A stretch of DNA of 64,000 nt from Eledone cirrhosa (taxonomy: Eukaryota), in the NCBI GenBank assembly GCA_964016885.1, contig OZ024753.1, positions 28,458,001 through 28,522,000 of the forward strand, given 5' to 3'. The number at the start of each line of letters is the position of its first letter. The first letter of the stretch is position 1. The notes under the pieces are model-generated. The model worked only from the letters and a program-made list of their open reading frames with translations, did no database searches and was not told the DNA's origin. Below are positions 27,001 through 42,700 of this stretch, one piece after another. The position numbers and the translations under genes are program-made.

Positions 27001-30000
27001 ATATAATTATTACTGCCAGACAGTCACTCATGTATGAGCCTTGGTAGTTACAAAAGAGAGCTCTATAAAATTATTACTGCCAGACAGTCACTCATGTATG
27101 GGCCTTGGTAGTTAAAAAAGAGAGCTCTATATAATTATTACTGCAAGACAGTCACTCATGTATGGGCCTTGGTAGTTACAAAAGACAGCTCTATATAATT
27201 ATTACTGCCAGACAGTCACTCATGTATAGGCATTGGTAGTTACAAAAGAGAGCTCTATATAATTATTACTGCCAGACAGTCACTCATGTATGGGCCTTGG
27301 TAGTTACAAAAGAGAGCTCTATATAATTATTACTGCAAGACAGTCACTCATGTATGGGCCTTGGTAGTTACAAAAGACAGCTCTATATAATTATTACTGC
27401 CAGACAGTCACTCATGTATAGGCATTGGTAGTTACAAAAGAGAGCTGTATATAATTATTACTGCCAGACAGTCACTCATGTATGGGCCTTGGTAGTTACA
27501 AAAGAGAGCTCTATATAAATATTACTGCCAGACAGTCACTCATGTATGGGCCTTGGTAGTTACAAAAGAGAGCTCTATATAATTGTTACTGCCAGATAGT
27601 CACTCATGTATGGGCCTTGGTAGTTACAAAAGAGAGCTCTATAAAATTATTACTGCCAGACAGTCACTCATGTATGGGCCTTGGTAGTTAAAAAAGAGAG
27701 CTCTATATAATTATTACTGCAAGACAGTCACTCATGTATGGGCCTTGGTAGTTACAAAAGACAGCTCTATATAATTATTACTGCCAGACAGTCACTCATG
27801 TATAGGCATTGGTAGTTACAAAAGAGAGCTCTATATAATTATTACTGCCAGACAGTCACTCATGTATGGGCCTTGGTAGTTACAAAAGAGAGCTCTATAT
27901 TATTATTACTGCCAGACAGTCACTCATGTATGGGCCTTGGTAGTTACAAAAGACAGCTCTATATAATTATTACTGCCAGACAGTCACTCATGTATGGGCC
28001 TTGGTAGTTACAAAAGGGAGCTCTATATAATTATTACTGCCAGACAGTCACTCATGTATGGGCCTTGAAAGTTACAAAGACAGCTCTATATAATTATTAC
28101 TGCCAGACAGCCACTCATGTATGGGCCTTGGTAGTTACAAAAGAGAGCTCTATATAATTATTACTGCCAGACAGTCACTCATGTATGGGCCTTGGTAGTT
28201 ACAAAAGGGAGCTCTATATAATTATTACTGCCAGACAGTCACTCATGTATGGGCCTTGAAAGTTACAAAGACAGCTCTATATAATTATTACTGCCAGACA
28301 GCCACTCATGTATGGGCCTCGGTAGTTACAAAAGAGAGCTCTATATAATTATTACTGCCAGACAGTCACTCATGTATGGGCCTTGGTAGTTACAAAAGAC
28401 AGCTCTATATAATTATTACTGCCAGACAGTCACTCATGTATGGACCTTGGTAGTTACAAAAGAGAGCTCTATATAATTATTACTGCCAGACAGTCACTCA
28501 TGTATGGGCCTTGGTAGTTACAAAAGAGAGCTCTATATAATTATTACTGCCAGACAGTCACTCATGTATAGGCATTCGTAGTTACAAAAGAGAGCTCTAT
28601 ATAATTATTACTGCCAGACAGTCACTCATGTATGAGCCTTGGTAGTTACAAAAGAGAGCTCTATAAAATTATTACTGCCAGACAGTCACTCATGTATGGG
28701 CCTTGGTAGTTAAAAAAGAGAGCTCTATATAATTATTACTGCAAGACAGTCACTCATGTATGGGCCTTGGTAGTTACAAAAGACAGCTCTATATAATTAT
28801 TACTGCCAGACAGTCACTCATGTATAGGCATTGGTAGTTACAAAAGAGAGCTGTATATAATTATTACTGCCAGACAGTCACTCATGTATGGGCCTTGGTA
28901 GTTACAAAAGAGAGCTCTATATAATTATTACTGCCAGACAGTCACTCATGTATGGGCCTTGGTAGTTACAAAAGAGAGCTCTATATAATTGTTACTGCCA
29001 GATAGTCACTCATGTATGGACCTTGGTAGTTACAAAAGAGAGCTGTATATAATTATTACTGCCAGACAGTCACTCATGTATGGGCCTTGGTAGTTACAAA
29101 AGAGAGCTCTATATAATTATTACTGCCAGACAGTCACTCATGTATGAGCCTTGGTAGTTACAAAAGAGAGCTCTATAAAATTATTACTGCCAGACAGTCA
29201 CTCATATATGGGCCTTGGTAGTTAAAAAAGAGAGCTCTATATAATTATTACTGCAAGACAGTCACTCATGTATGGGCCTTGGTAGTTACAAAAGACAGCT
29301 CTATATAATTATTACTGCCAGACAGTCACTCATGTATAGGCATTGGTAGTTACAAAAGAGAGCTCTATATAATTATTACTGCCAGACAGTCACTCATGTA
29401 TGGGCCTTGGTAGTTACAAAAGAGAGCTCTATATTATTATTACTGCCAGACAGTCACTCATGTATGGGCCTTGGTAGTTACAAAAGACAGCTCTATATAA
29501 TTATTACTGCCAGACAGTCACTCATGTATGGGCCTTGGTAGTTACAAAAGGGAGCTCTATATAATTATTACTGCCAGACAGTCACTCATGTATGGGCCTT
29601 GAAAGTTACAAAGACAGCTCTATATAATTATTACTGCCAGACAGCCACTCATGTTTGGGCCTTGGTAGTTACAAAAGAGAGCTCTATATAATTATTACTG
29701 CCAGACAGTCACTCATGTATGGGCCTTGGTAGTTACAAAAGGGAGCTCTATATAATTATTACTGCCAGACAGTCACTCATGTATGGGCCTTGAAAGTTAC
29801 AAAGACAGCTCTATATAATTATTACTGCCAGACAGCCACTCATGTATGGGCCTCGGTAGTTACAAAAGAGAGCTCTATATAATTATTACTTCCAGACAGT
29901 CACTCATGTATGGGCCTTGGTAGTTACAAAAGACAGCTCTATATAATTATTACTGCCAGACAGTCACTCATGTATGGACCTTGGTAGTTACAAAAGAGAG

Positions 30001-33000
30001 CTCTATATAATTATTACTGCCAGACAGTCACTCATGTATGGGCCTTGGTAGTTACAAAAGAGAGCTCTATATAATTATTACTGCCAGACAGTCACTCATG
30101 TATAGGCATTCGTAGTTACAAAAGAGAGCTCTATATAATTATTACTGCCAGACAGTCACTCATGTATGAGCCTTGGTAGTTACAAAAGAGAGCTCTATAA
30201 AATTATTACTGCCAGACAGTCACTCATGTATGGGCCTTGGTAGTTAAAAAAGAGAGCTCTATATAATTATTACTGCAAGACAGTCACTCATGTATGGGCC
30301 TTGGTAGTTAAAAAAGAGAGCTCTATATAATTATTACTGCAAGACAGTCACTCATGTATGGGCCTTGGTAGTTACAAAAGACAGCTCTATATAATTATTA
30401 CTGCCAGACAGTCACTCATGTATAGGCATTGGTAGTTACAAAAGAGAGCTGTATATAATTATTACTGCCAGACAGTCACTCATGTATGGGCCTTGGTAGT
30501 TACAAAAGAGAGCTCTATATAATTATTACTGCCAGACAGTCACTCATGTATGGGCCTTGGTAGTTACAAAAGAGAGCTCTATATAATTGTTACTGCCAGA
30601 TAGTCACTCATGTATGGGCCTTGGTAGTTACAAAAGAGAGCTGTATATAATTATTACTGCCAGACAGTCACTCATGTATGGGCCTTGGTAGTTACAAAAG
30701 AGAGCTCTATATAATTATTACTGCCAGACAGTCACTCATGTATGAGCCTTGGTAGTTACAAAAGAGAGCTCTATAAAATTATTACTGCCAGACAGTCACT
30801 CATGTATGGGCCTTGGTAGTTAAAAAAGAGAGCTCTATATAATTATTACTGCAAGACAGTCACTCATGTATGGGCCTTGGTAGTTACAAAAGACAGCTCT
30901 ATATAATTATTACTGCCAGACAGTCACTCATGTATAGGCATTGGTAGTTACAAAAGAGAGCTCTATATAATTATTACTGCCAGACAGTCACTCATGTATG
31001 GGCCTTGGTAGTTACAAAAGAGAGCTCTATATAATTATTACTGCCAGACAGTTACTCATGTATGGGCCTTGGTAGTTACAAAAGACAGCTCTATATAATT
31101 ATTACTGCCAGACAGTCACTCATGTATGGGCCTTGGTAGTTACAAAAGACAGCTCTATATAATTATTACTGCCAGACAGTCACTCATGTATAGGCATTGG
31201 TAGTTACAAAAGAGAGCTCTATATAATTATTACTGCCAGACAGTCACTCATGTATGGGCCTTGGTAGTTACAAAAGAGAGCTCTATATAATTATTACTGC
31301 CAGACAGTCACTCATGTATGGGCCTTGGTAGTTACAAAAGACAGCTCTATATAATTATTACTGCCAGACAGTCACTCATGTATGGGCCTTGTTAGTTACA
31401 AAAGAGAGCTCTATATAATTATTACTGCCAGACAGTCACTCATGTATGGGCCTTGGTAGTTACAAAAGAGAGCTCTATATAATTATTACTGCCAGACAGT
31501 CACTCATCTATGGGCCTTGGTAGTTACAAAAGAGAGCTCTATATAATTGTTACTGCCAGATAGTCACTCATGTATGGGCCTTGGTAGTTACAAAAGAGAG
31601 CTGTATATAATTATTACTGCCAGACAGTCACTCATGTATGGGCCTTGGTAGTTACAAAAGAGAGCTCTATATAATTATTACTGCCAGACAGTCACTCATG
31701 TATGGGCCTTGGTAGTTACAAAAGAGAGCTCTATATAATTGTTACTGCCAGATAGTCACTCATGTATGGGCCTTGGTAGTTACAAAAGAGAGCTGTATAT
31801 AATTATTACTGCCAGACAGTCACTCATGTATGGGCCTTGGTAGTTACAAAAGAGAGCTCTATATAATTATTACTGCCAGACAGTCACTCATGTATGAGCC
31901 TTGGTAGTTACAAAAGAGAGCTCTATAAAATTATTACTGCCAGACAGTCACTCATGTATGGGACTTGGTAGTTAAAAAAGAGAGCTCTATATAATTATTA
32001 CTGCAAGACAGTCACTCATGTATGGGCCTTGGTAGTTACAAAAGACAGCTCTATATAATTATTACTGCCAGACAGTCACTCATGTATAGGCATTGGTAGT
32101 TACAAAAGAGAGCTCTATATAATTATTACTGCCAGACAGTCACTCATGTATGGGCCTTGGTAGTTACAAAAGAGAGCTCTATATAATTATTACTGCAAGA
32201 CAGTCACTCATGTATAGGCATTGGTAGTTACAAAAGAGAGCTCTATATAATTATTACTGCCAGACAGCCACTCATGTATGGGCCTCGGTAGTTACAAAAG
32301 AGAGCTCTATATAATTATTACTGCCAGACAGTCACTCATGTATGGGCCTTGGTAGTTACAAAAGACAGCTCTATATAATTATTACTGCCAGACAGTCACT
32401 CATGTATAGGCATTGGTAGTTACAAAAGAGAGCTCTATATAATTATTACTGCCAGACAGTCACTCATGTATGGGCCTCGGTAGTTACAAAAGAGAGCTCT
32501 ATAAAATTATTACTGCCAGACAGTCACTCATGTATGGGCCTTGGTAGTTAAAAAAGAGAGCTCTATATAATTATTACTGCAAGACAGTCACTCATGTATG
32601 GGCCTTGGTAGTTACAAAAGACAGCTCTATATAATTATTACTGCCAGACAGTCACTCATGTATAGGCATTGGTAGTTACAAAAGAGAGCTCTATATAATT
32701 ATTACTGCCAGACAGTCACTCATGTATGGGCCTTGGTAGTTACAAAAGAGAGCTCTATATAATTATTACTGCCAGACAGTCACTCATGTATGGGCCTTGG
32801 TAGTTACAAAAGACAGCTCTATATAATTATTACTGCCAGACAGTCACTCATGTATGGGCCTTGGTAGTTACAAAAGAGAGCTCTATATAATTATTACTGC
32901 CAGACAGTCACTCATGTATGGGCCTTGGTAGTTACAAAAGAGAGCTCTATATAATTATTACTGCCAGACAGTCACTCATCTATGGGCCTTGGTAGTTACA

Positions 33001-36000
33001 AAAGAGAGCTCTATATAATTGTTACTGCCAGATAGTCACTCATGTATGGGCCTTGGTAGTTACAAAAGAGAGCTGTATATAATTATTACTGCCAGACAGT
33101 CACTCATGTATGGGCCTTGGTAGTTACAAAAGAGAGCTCTATATAATTATTACTGCCAGACAGTCACTCATGTATGGGCCTTGTTAGTTACAAAAGAGAG
33201 CTCTATATAATTGTTACTGCCAGATAGTCACTCATGTATGGGCCTTGGTAGTTACAAAAGAGAGCTGTATATAATTATTACTGCCAGACAGTCACTCATG
33301 TATGGGCCTTGGTAGTTACAAAAGAGAGCTCTATATAATTATTACTGCAAGACAGTCACTCATGTATGGGCCTTGGTAGTTACAAAAGACAGCTCTATAT
33401 AATTATTACTGCCAGACAGTCACTCATGTATAGGCATTGGTAGTTACAAAAGAGAGCTCTATATAATTATTACTGCCAGACAGTCACTCATGTATGGGCC
33501 TTGGTAGTTACAAAAGAGAGCTCTATATAATTATTACTGCAAGACAGTCACTCATGTATGGGCCTTGGTAGTTACAAAAGACAGCTCTATATAATTATTA
33601 CTGCCAGACAATCACTCATGTATAGGCATTGGTAGTTACAAAAGAGAGCTCTATATAATTATTACTGCCAGACAGCCACTCATGTATGGGCCTCGGTAGT
33701 TACAAAAGAGAGCTCTATATAATTATTACTGCCAGACAGTCACTCATGTATGGGCCTTGGTAGTTACAAAAGACAGCTCTATATAATTATTACTGCCAGA
33801 CAGTCACTCATGTATGGACCTTGGTAGTTACAAAAGAGAGCTCTATATAATTGTTACTGCCAGATAGTCACTCATGTATGGGCCTTGGTAGTTACAAAAG
33901 AGAGCTCTATATAATTATTACTGCCAGACAGTCACTCATGTATGGGCCTTGGTAGTTACAAAAGAGAGCTCTATATAATTATTACTGCCAGACAGTCACT
34001 CATGTATGAGCCTTGGTAGTTACAAAAGAGAGCTCTATAAAATTATTACTGCCAGACAGTCACTCATGTATGGGCCTTGGTAGTTAAAAAAGAGAGCTCT
34101 ATATAATTATTACTGCAAGACAGTCACTCATGTATGGGCCTTGGTAGTTACAAAAGACAGCTCTATATAATTATTACTGCCAGACAGTCACTCATGTATA
34201 GGCATTGGTAGTTACAAAAGAGAGCTCTATATAATTATTACTGCCAGACAGTCACTCATGTATGGGCCTTGGTAGTTACAAAAGAGAGCTCTATATAATT
34301 ATTACTGCAAGACAGTCACTCATGTATGGGCCTTGGTAGTTACAAAAGACAGCTCTATATAATTATTACTGCCAGACAGTCACTCATGTATAGGCATTGG
34401 TAGTTACAAAAGAGAGCTGTATATAATTATTACTGCCAGACAGTCACTCATGTATGGGCCTTGGTAGTTACAAAAGAGAGCTCTATATAATTATTACTGC
34501 CAGACAGTCACTCATGTATGGGCCTTGGTAGTTACAAAAGAGAGCTCTATATAATTGTTACTGCCAGATAGTCACTCATGTATGGGCCTTGGTAGTTACA
34601 AAAGAGAGCTCTATAAAATTATTACTGCCAGACAGTCACTCATGTATGGGCCTTGGTAGTTAAAAAAGAGAGCTCTATATAATTATTACTGCAAGACAGT
34701 CACTCATGTATGGGCCTTGGTAGTTACAAAAGACAGCTCTATATAATTATTACTGCCAGACAGTCACTCATGTATAGGCATTGGTAGTTACAAAAGAGAG
34801 CTCTATATAATTATTACTGCCAGACAGTCACTCATGTATGGGCCTTGGTAGTTACAAAAGAGAGCTCTATATTATTATTACTGCCAGACAGTCACTCATG
34901 TATGGGCCTTGGTAGTTACAAAAGACAGCTCTATATAATTATTACTGCCAGACAGTCACTCATGTATGGGCCTTGGTAGTTACAAAAGGGAGCTCTATAT
35001 AATTATTACTGCCAGACAGTCACTCATGTATGGGCCTTGAAAGTTACAAAGACAGCTCTATATAATTATTACTGCCAGACAGCCACTCATGTATGGGCCT
35101 CGGTAGTTACAAAAGAGAGCTCTATATAATTATTACTGCCAGACAGTCACTCATGTATGGGCCTTGGTAGTTACAAAAGACAGCTCTATATAATTATTAC
35201 TGCCAGACAGTCACTCATGTATGGACCTTGGTAGTTACAAAAGAGAGCTCTATATAATTATTACTGCCAGACAGTCACTCATGTATGGGCCTTGGTAGTT
35301 ACAAAAGAGAGCTCTATATAATTATTACTGCCAGACAGTCACTCATGTATAGGCATTCGTAGTTACAAAAGAGAGCTCTATATAATTATTACTGCCAGAC
35401 AGTCACTCATGTATGAGCCTTGGTAGTTACAAAAGAGAGCTCTATAAAATTATTACTGCCAGACAGTCACTCATGTATGGGCCTTGGAAGTTAAAAAAGA
35501 GAGCTATATATAATTATTACTGCAAGACAGTCACTCATGTATGGGCCTTGGTAGTTAAAAAAGAGAGCTCTATATAATTATTACTGCAAGACAGTCACTC
35601 ATGTATGGGCCTTGGTAGTTACAAAAGACAGCTCTATATAATTATTACTGCCAGACAGTCACTCATGTATAGGCATTGGTAGTTACAAAAGAGAGCTGTA
35701 TATAATTATTACTGCCAGACAGTCACTCATGTATGGGCCTTGGTAGTTACAAAAGAGAGCTCTATATAATTATTACTGCCAGACAGTCACTCATGTATGG
35801 GCCTTGGTAGTTACAAAAGAGAGCTCTATATAATTGTTACTGCCAGATAGTCACTCATGTATGGGCCTTGGTAGTTACAAAAGACAGCTCTATATAATTA
35901 TTACTGCCAGACAGTCACTCATGTATGGGCCTTGGTAGTTACAAAAGAGAGCTCTATATAATTATTACTGCCAGACAGTCACTCATGTATGAGCCTTGGT

Positions 36001-37910
36001 AGTTACAAAAGAGAGCTCTATAAAATTATTACTGCCAGACAGTCACTCATATATGGGCCTTGGTAGTTAAAAAAGAGAGCTCTATATAATTATTACTGCA
36101 AGACAGTCACTCATGTATGGGCCTTGGTAGTTACAAAAGACAGCTCTATATAATTATTACTGCCAGACAGTCACTCATGTATAGGCATTGGTAGTTACAA
36201 AAGAGAGCTCTATATAATTATTACTGCCAGACAGTCACTCATGTATGGGCCTTGGTAGTTACAAAAGAGAGCTCTATATTATTATTACTGCCAGACAGTC
36301 ACTCATGTATGGGCCTTGGTAGTTACAAAAGGGAGCTCTATATAATTATTACTGCCAGACAGTCACTCATGTATGGGCCTTGAAAGTTACAAAGACAGCT
36401 CTATATAATTATTACTGCCAGACAGCCACTCATGTTTGGGCCTTGGTAGTTACAAAAGAGAGCTCTATATAATTATTACTGCCAGACAGTCACTCATGTA
36501 TGGGCCTTGGTAGTTACAAAAGGGAGCTCTATATAATTATTACTGCCAGACAGTCACTCATGTATGGGCCTTGAAAGTTACAAAGACAGCTCTATATAAT
36601 TATTACTGCCAGACAGCCACTCATGTATGGGCCTCGGTAGTTACAAAAGAGAGCTCTATATAATTATTACTTCCAGACAGTCACTCATGTATGGGCCTTG
36701 GTAGTTACAAAAGACAGCTCTATATAATTATTACTGCCAGACAGTCACTCATGTATGGACCTTGGTAGTTACAAAAGAGAGCTCTATATAATTATTACTG
36801 CCAGACAGTCACTCATGTATGGGCCTTGGTAGTTACAAAAGAGAGCTCTATATAATTATTACTGCCAGACAGTCACTCATGTATAGGCATTCGTAGTTAC
36901 AAAAGAGAGCTCTATATAATTATTACTGCCAGACAGTCACTCATGTATGAGCCTTGGTAGTTACAAAAGAGAGCTCTATAAAATTATTACTGCCAGACAG
37001 TCACTCATGTATGGGCCTTGGTAGTTAAAAAAGAGAGCTCTATATAATTATTACTGCAAGACAGTCACTCATGTATGGGCCTTGGTAGTTAAAAAAGAGA
37101 GCTCTATATAATTATTACTGCAAGACAGTCACTCATGTATGGGCCTTGGTAGTTACAAAAGACAGCTCTATATAATTATTACTGCCAGACAGTCACTCAT
37201 GTATAGGCATTGGTAGTTACAAAAGAGAGCTGTATATAATTATTACTGCCAGACAGTCACTCATGTATGGGCCTTGGTAGTTACAAAAGAGAGCTCTATA
37301 TAATTATTACTGCCAGACAGTCACTCATGTATGGGCCTTGGTAGTTACAAAAGAGAGCTCTATATAATTGTTACTGCCAGATAGTCACTCATGTATGGGC
37401 CTTGGTAGTTACAAAAGAGAGCTGTATATAATTATTACTGCCAGACAGTCACTCATGTATGGGCCTTGGTAGTTACAAAAGAGAGCTCTATATAATTATT
37501 ACTGCCAGACAGTCACTCATGTATGAGCCTTGGTAGTTACAAAAGAGAGCTCTATAAAATTATTACTGCCAGACAGTCACTCATGTATGGGCCTTGGTAG
37601 TTAAAAAAGAGAGCTCTATATAATTATTACTGCAAGACAGTCACTCATGTATGGGCCTTGGTAGTTACAAAAGACAGCTCTATATAATTATTACTGCCAG
37701 ACAGTCACTCATGTATAGGCATTGGTAGTTACAAAAGAGAGCTCTATATAATTATTACTGCCAGACAGTCACTCATGTATGGGCCTTGGTAGTTACAAAA
37801 GAGAGCTCTATATAATTATTACTGCCAGACAGTTACTCATGTATGGGCCTTGGTAGTTACAAAAGACAGCTCTATATAATTATTACTGCCAGACAGTCAC
37901 TCATGTATGG
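24030..37910 (+). repeat. Imperfect tandem duplication of about 7 kb (offset 106-113 monomers), with nested 24-monomer repeats
   Basis: CACTCATCTA 24401/31501 and ATCACTC 26511/33611 (offset 7100); CATCTA 25749/32977 (7228); ATGTTTGGG 29651/36432, TTCCAGAC 29890/36671 and GTTACTC 31051/37832 (6781). Nested GAAAG 28067/29601 (1534). Confidence 0.85.
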
Positions 37911-39779
37911 GCCTTGGTAGTTACAAAAGGGAGCTCTATATAATTATTACTGCCAGACAGTCACTCATGTATGGGCCTTGAAAGTTACAAAGACAGCTCT
38001 ATATAATTATTACTGCCAGACAGCCACTCATGTATGGGCCTTGGTAGTTACAAAAGAGAGCTCTATATAATTATTACTGCCAGACAGTCACTCATGTATG
38101 GGCCTTGGTAGTTACAAAAGGGAGCTCTATATAATTATTACTGCCAGACAGTCACTCATGTATGGGCCTTGAAAGTTACAAAGACAGCTCTATATAATTA
38201 TTACTGCCAGACAGCCACTCATGTATGGGCCTCGGTAGTTACAAAAGAGAGCTCTATATAATTATTACTGCCAGACAGTCACTCATGTATGGGCCTTGGT
38301 AGTTACAAAAGACAGCTCTATATAATTATTACTGCCAGACAGTCACTCATGTATGGACCTTGGTAGTTACAAAAGAGAGCTCTATATAATTATTACTGCC
38401 AGACAGTCACTCATGTATAGGCCTTGGTAGTTACAAAAGAGAGCTCTATATAATTATTACTGCCAGACAGTCACTCATGTATAGGCATTCGTAGTTACAA
38501 AAGAGAGCTCTATATAATTATTACTGCCAGACAGTCACTCATGTATGAGCCTTGGTAGTTACAAAAGAGAGCTCTATAAAATTATTACTGCCAGACAGTC
38601 ACTCATGTATGGGCCTTGGTAGTTAAAAAAGAGAGCTCTATATAATTATTACTGCAAGACAGTCACTCATGTATGGGCCTTGGTAGTTAAAAAAGAGAGC
38701 TCTATATAATTATTACTGCAAGACAGTCACTCATGTATGGGCCTTGGTAGTTACAAAAGACAGCTCTATATAATTATTACTGCCAGACAGTCACTCATGT
38801 ATGGGCCTTGGTAGTTACAAAAGAGAGCTCTATATAATTATTACTGCCAGACAGTCACTCATGTATGGGCCTTGGTAGTTACAAAAGACAGCTCTATATA
38901 ATTATTACTGCCAGACAGTCACTCATGTATGGGCCTTGGTAGTTACAAAAGAGAGCTCTATATAATTATTACTGCCAGACAGTCACTCATGTATGGGCCT
39001 TGGTAGTTACAAAAGAGAGCTCTATATAATTATTACTGCCAGACAGTCACTCATGTATGGGCCTTGGTAGTTACAAAAGACAGCTCTATATAATTATTAC
39101 TGCCAGACAGTCACTCATGTATAGGCATTGGTAGTTACAAAAGAGAGCTCTATATAATTATTACAGCCAGACAGTCACTCATGTATGGGCCTTGGTAGTT
39201 ACAAAAGAGAGCTCTATATAATTATTATTGCCAGACAGTCACTCATGTATAGGCATTGGTAGTTACAAAAGAGAGCTCTATATAATTATTACTGCCAGAC
39301 AGTCACTCATGTATGAGCCTTGGTAGTTACAAAAGAGAGCTCTATAAAATTATTACTGCCAGACAGTCACTCATGTATGGGCCTTGGTAGTTAAAAAAGA
39401 GAGCTCTATATAATTATTACTGCAAGACAGTCACTCATGTATGGGCCTTGGTAGTTACAAAAGAGAGCTCTATATAATTATTACTGCCAGACAGTCACTC
39501 ATGTATAGGCATTGGTAGGTACAAAAGAGAGCTCTATATAATTATTACTGCAAGACAGTCACTCATGTATGGGCCTTGGTAGTTACAAAAGAGAGCTCTA
39601 TATAATTATTACTGCCAGACAGTCACTCATGTATGGGCCTTGGTAGTTACAAAAGACAGCTCTATATAATTATTACTGCCAGACAGTCACTCATGTATGG
39701 GCCTTGGTAGTTACAAAAGAGAGCTCTATATAATTATTACTGCCAGACAGTCACTCATGTATGGGCCTTGGTAGTTACA

Positions 39780-42700
39780 AAAGAGAGCTCTATATAATTA
39801 TTACTGCCAGACAGTCACTCATGTATGGGCCTTGGTAGTTACAAAAGAGAGCTCTATATAATTATTACTGCCAGACAGTCACTCATGTATGGGCCTTGGT
39901 AGTTACAAAAGAGAGCTCTATATAATTATTACTGCCAGACAGTCACTCATGTATAGGCATTGGTAGTTACAAAAGAGAGCTCTATATAATTATTACTGCC
40001 AGACAGTCACTCATGTATGAGCCTTGGTAGTTACAAAAGAGAGCTCTATAAAATTATTACTGCCAGACAGTCACTCATGTATGGGCCTTGGTAGTTAAAA
40101 AAGAGAGCTCTATATAATTATTACTGCAAGACAGTCACTCATGTATGGGCCTTGGTAGTTACAAAAGACAGCTCTATATAATTATTACTGCCAGACAGTC
40201 ACTCATGTATAGGCATTGGTAGTTACAAAAGAGAGCTCTATATAATTATTACTGCCAGACAGTCACTCATGTATGGGCCTTGGTAGTTACAAAAGAGAGC
40301 TCTATATAATTATTACTGCCAGACAGTCACTCATGTATGGGCCTTGGTAGTTACAAAAGACAGCTCTATATAATTATTACTGCCAGACAGTCACTCATGT
40401 ATGGGCCTTGGTAGTTACAAAAGAGAGCTCTATATAATTATTACTGCCAGACAGTCACTCATGTATGGGCCTTGGTAGTTACAAAAGAGAGCTCTATATA
40501 ATTATTACTGCCAGACAGTCACTCATGTATGGGCCTTGGTAGTTACAAAAGACAGCTCTATATAATTATTACTGCCAGACAGTCACTCATGTATGGGCCT
40601 TGGTAGTTACAAAAGGGAGCTCTATATAATTATTACTGCCAGACAGTCACTCATGTATGGGCCTTGAAAGTTACAAAGACAGCTCTATATAATTATTACT
40701 GCCAGACAGCCACTCATGTATGGGCCTTGGTAGTTACAAAAGAGAGCTCTATATAATTATTACTGCCAGACAGTCACTCATGTATGGGCCTTGGTAGTTA
40801 CAAAAGACAGCTCTATATAATTATTACTGCCAGACAGTCACTCATGTATGGGCCTTGGTAGTTACAAAAGGGAGCTCTATATAATTATTACTGCCAGACA
40901 GTCACTCATGTATGGGCCTTGAAAGTTACAAAGACAGCTCTATATAATTATTACTGCCAGACAGCCACTCATGTATGGGCCTCGGTAGTTACAAAAGAGA
41001 GCTCTATATAATTATTACTGCCAGACAGTCACTCATGTATGGGCCTTGGTAGTTACAAAAGACAGCTCTATATAATTATTACTGCCAGACAGTCACTCAT
41101 GTATGGGCCTTGGTAGTTACAAAAGAGAGCTCTATATAATTATTACTGCCAGACAGTCACTCATGTATGGGCCTTGGTAGTTACAAAAGACAGCTCTATA
41201 TAATTATTACAGACAGACAGTCACACATGTATGGGCCTTGGCAGTTACAAAAGACAGCTCTATATAATTATTACTGCCAGACAGTCACTCATGTATGGGC
41301 CTTGGTAGTTACAAAAGAGAGCTCTATATAATTATTACTGCCAGACATTCACTCATGTATGGGCCTTGTTAGTTACAAAAGAGAGCTCTATATAATTGTT
41401 ACTGCCAGACGGTCACTCATGTATGGGCCTTGGTATTTACAATAGGGAGCTCTATATAATTATTACTGTCAGACAGTCACTCATGTATGGGCCTTGGTAG
41501 TTACAAAAGAGAGCTCTATATAATTATTACTTCCAAACAGTCACTCATGTATGGGCCTTGGTAGTTACAAAAGAGAGCTCTATATAATTATTACTGCCAG
41601 ACAGTCACTCATGTATGTGCCTTGGCAGTTACAAAAGAGAGCTCTATATAATTATTACTTCCAAACAGTCACTCATGTATGGGCCTTGGGAGTTACAAAA
41701 GTGAGCTCTATATAATTATTACTGCCAGACAGTCGCTCATGTATGAGCCTTGGTAGTTACAAAAGAGAGCTCTATATAATTATTACTGCCAGACAGTCAC
41801 TCATGTATGTGCCTTGGCAGTTACAGAAGAGAGCTCTATATAATTATTACTGCCAGACAGTCACTCATGTATGGGCCTTGGTAGTTACAAAAGGGAGCTC
41901 TATATAATTATTACTGCCAGACAGTCACTCATGTATGGGCCTTGGTAGTTACAAAAGAGAGCTCTATATAATTATTACTGCCAGACGGTCACTCATGTAT
42001 GGGCCTTGGTAGTTACAAAAGGGAGCTCTATATAATTATTACTGCCAGACAGTCACTCATGTATGGGCCTTGGTAGTTACAAAAGAGAGCTCTATATAAT
42101 TATTACTGCCAGACAGTCACTCATGTATAGGCCTTGGTAGTTACAAAAGGGAGCTCTATATAATTATTACTGCCAGACAGTCACTCATGTATAGGTCTTG
42201 GTAGTTACAAAAGAGAGCTCTATATAATTATTACTGCCACACAGTCACTCATGTATGGGCCTTTGTAGTTACAAAAGACAGCTCTATATAATTATTACTG
42301 CCAGACAGTCACTCATGTATGGGCCTTGGTAGTTACAAAAAAGAGCTCTATATAATTATTACTGCCAGACAGTCACTCATGTATAGGCATTGGTAGGTAC
42401 AAAAGAGAGCTCTATATAATTATTACTGCAAGACAGTCACTCATGTATGGGCCTTGGTAGTTACAAAAGAGAGCTCTATATAATTATTACTTCCAAACAG
42501 TCACTCATGTATGGGCCTTGGTAGTTACAAAAGAGAGCTCTATATAATTATTACTGCCAGACAGTCACTCATGTATGTGCCTTGGCAGTTACAAAAGAGA
42601 GCTCTATATAATTATTACTTCCAAACAGTCACTCATGTATGGGCCTTGGGAGCTACAAAAGTGAGCTCTATATAATTATTACTGCCAGACAGTCGCTCAT

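Larger units (their letters stand above)
1..41200 (+). repeat. Subfamily domain A of the satellite
   Basis: Diagnostic variants: TATAGGCATTGG, TATGAGCC, CTATAAAATT, GTTAAAAAAGAGAGC with CTGCAAGAC, the 63-bp TTGAAAGTTACAAAGACAG with AGCCACTC, CCTCGG, TTGTTACTGCCAGATAG and GCTGTATA. Most are absent after about 46.8 kb. Confidence 0.9.
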
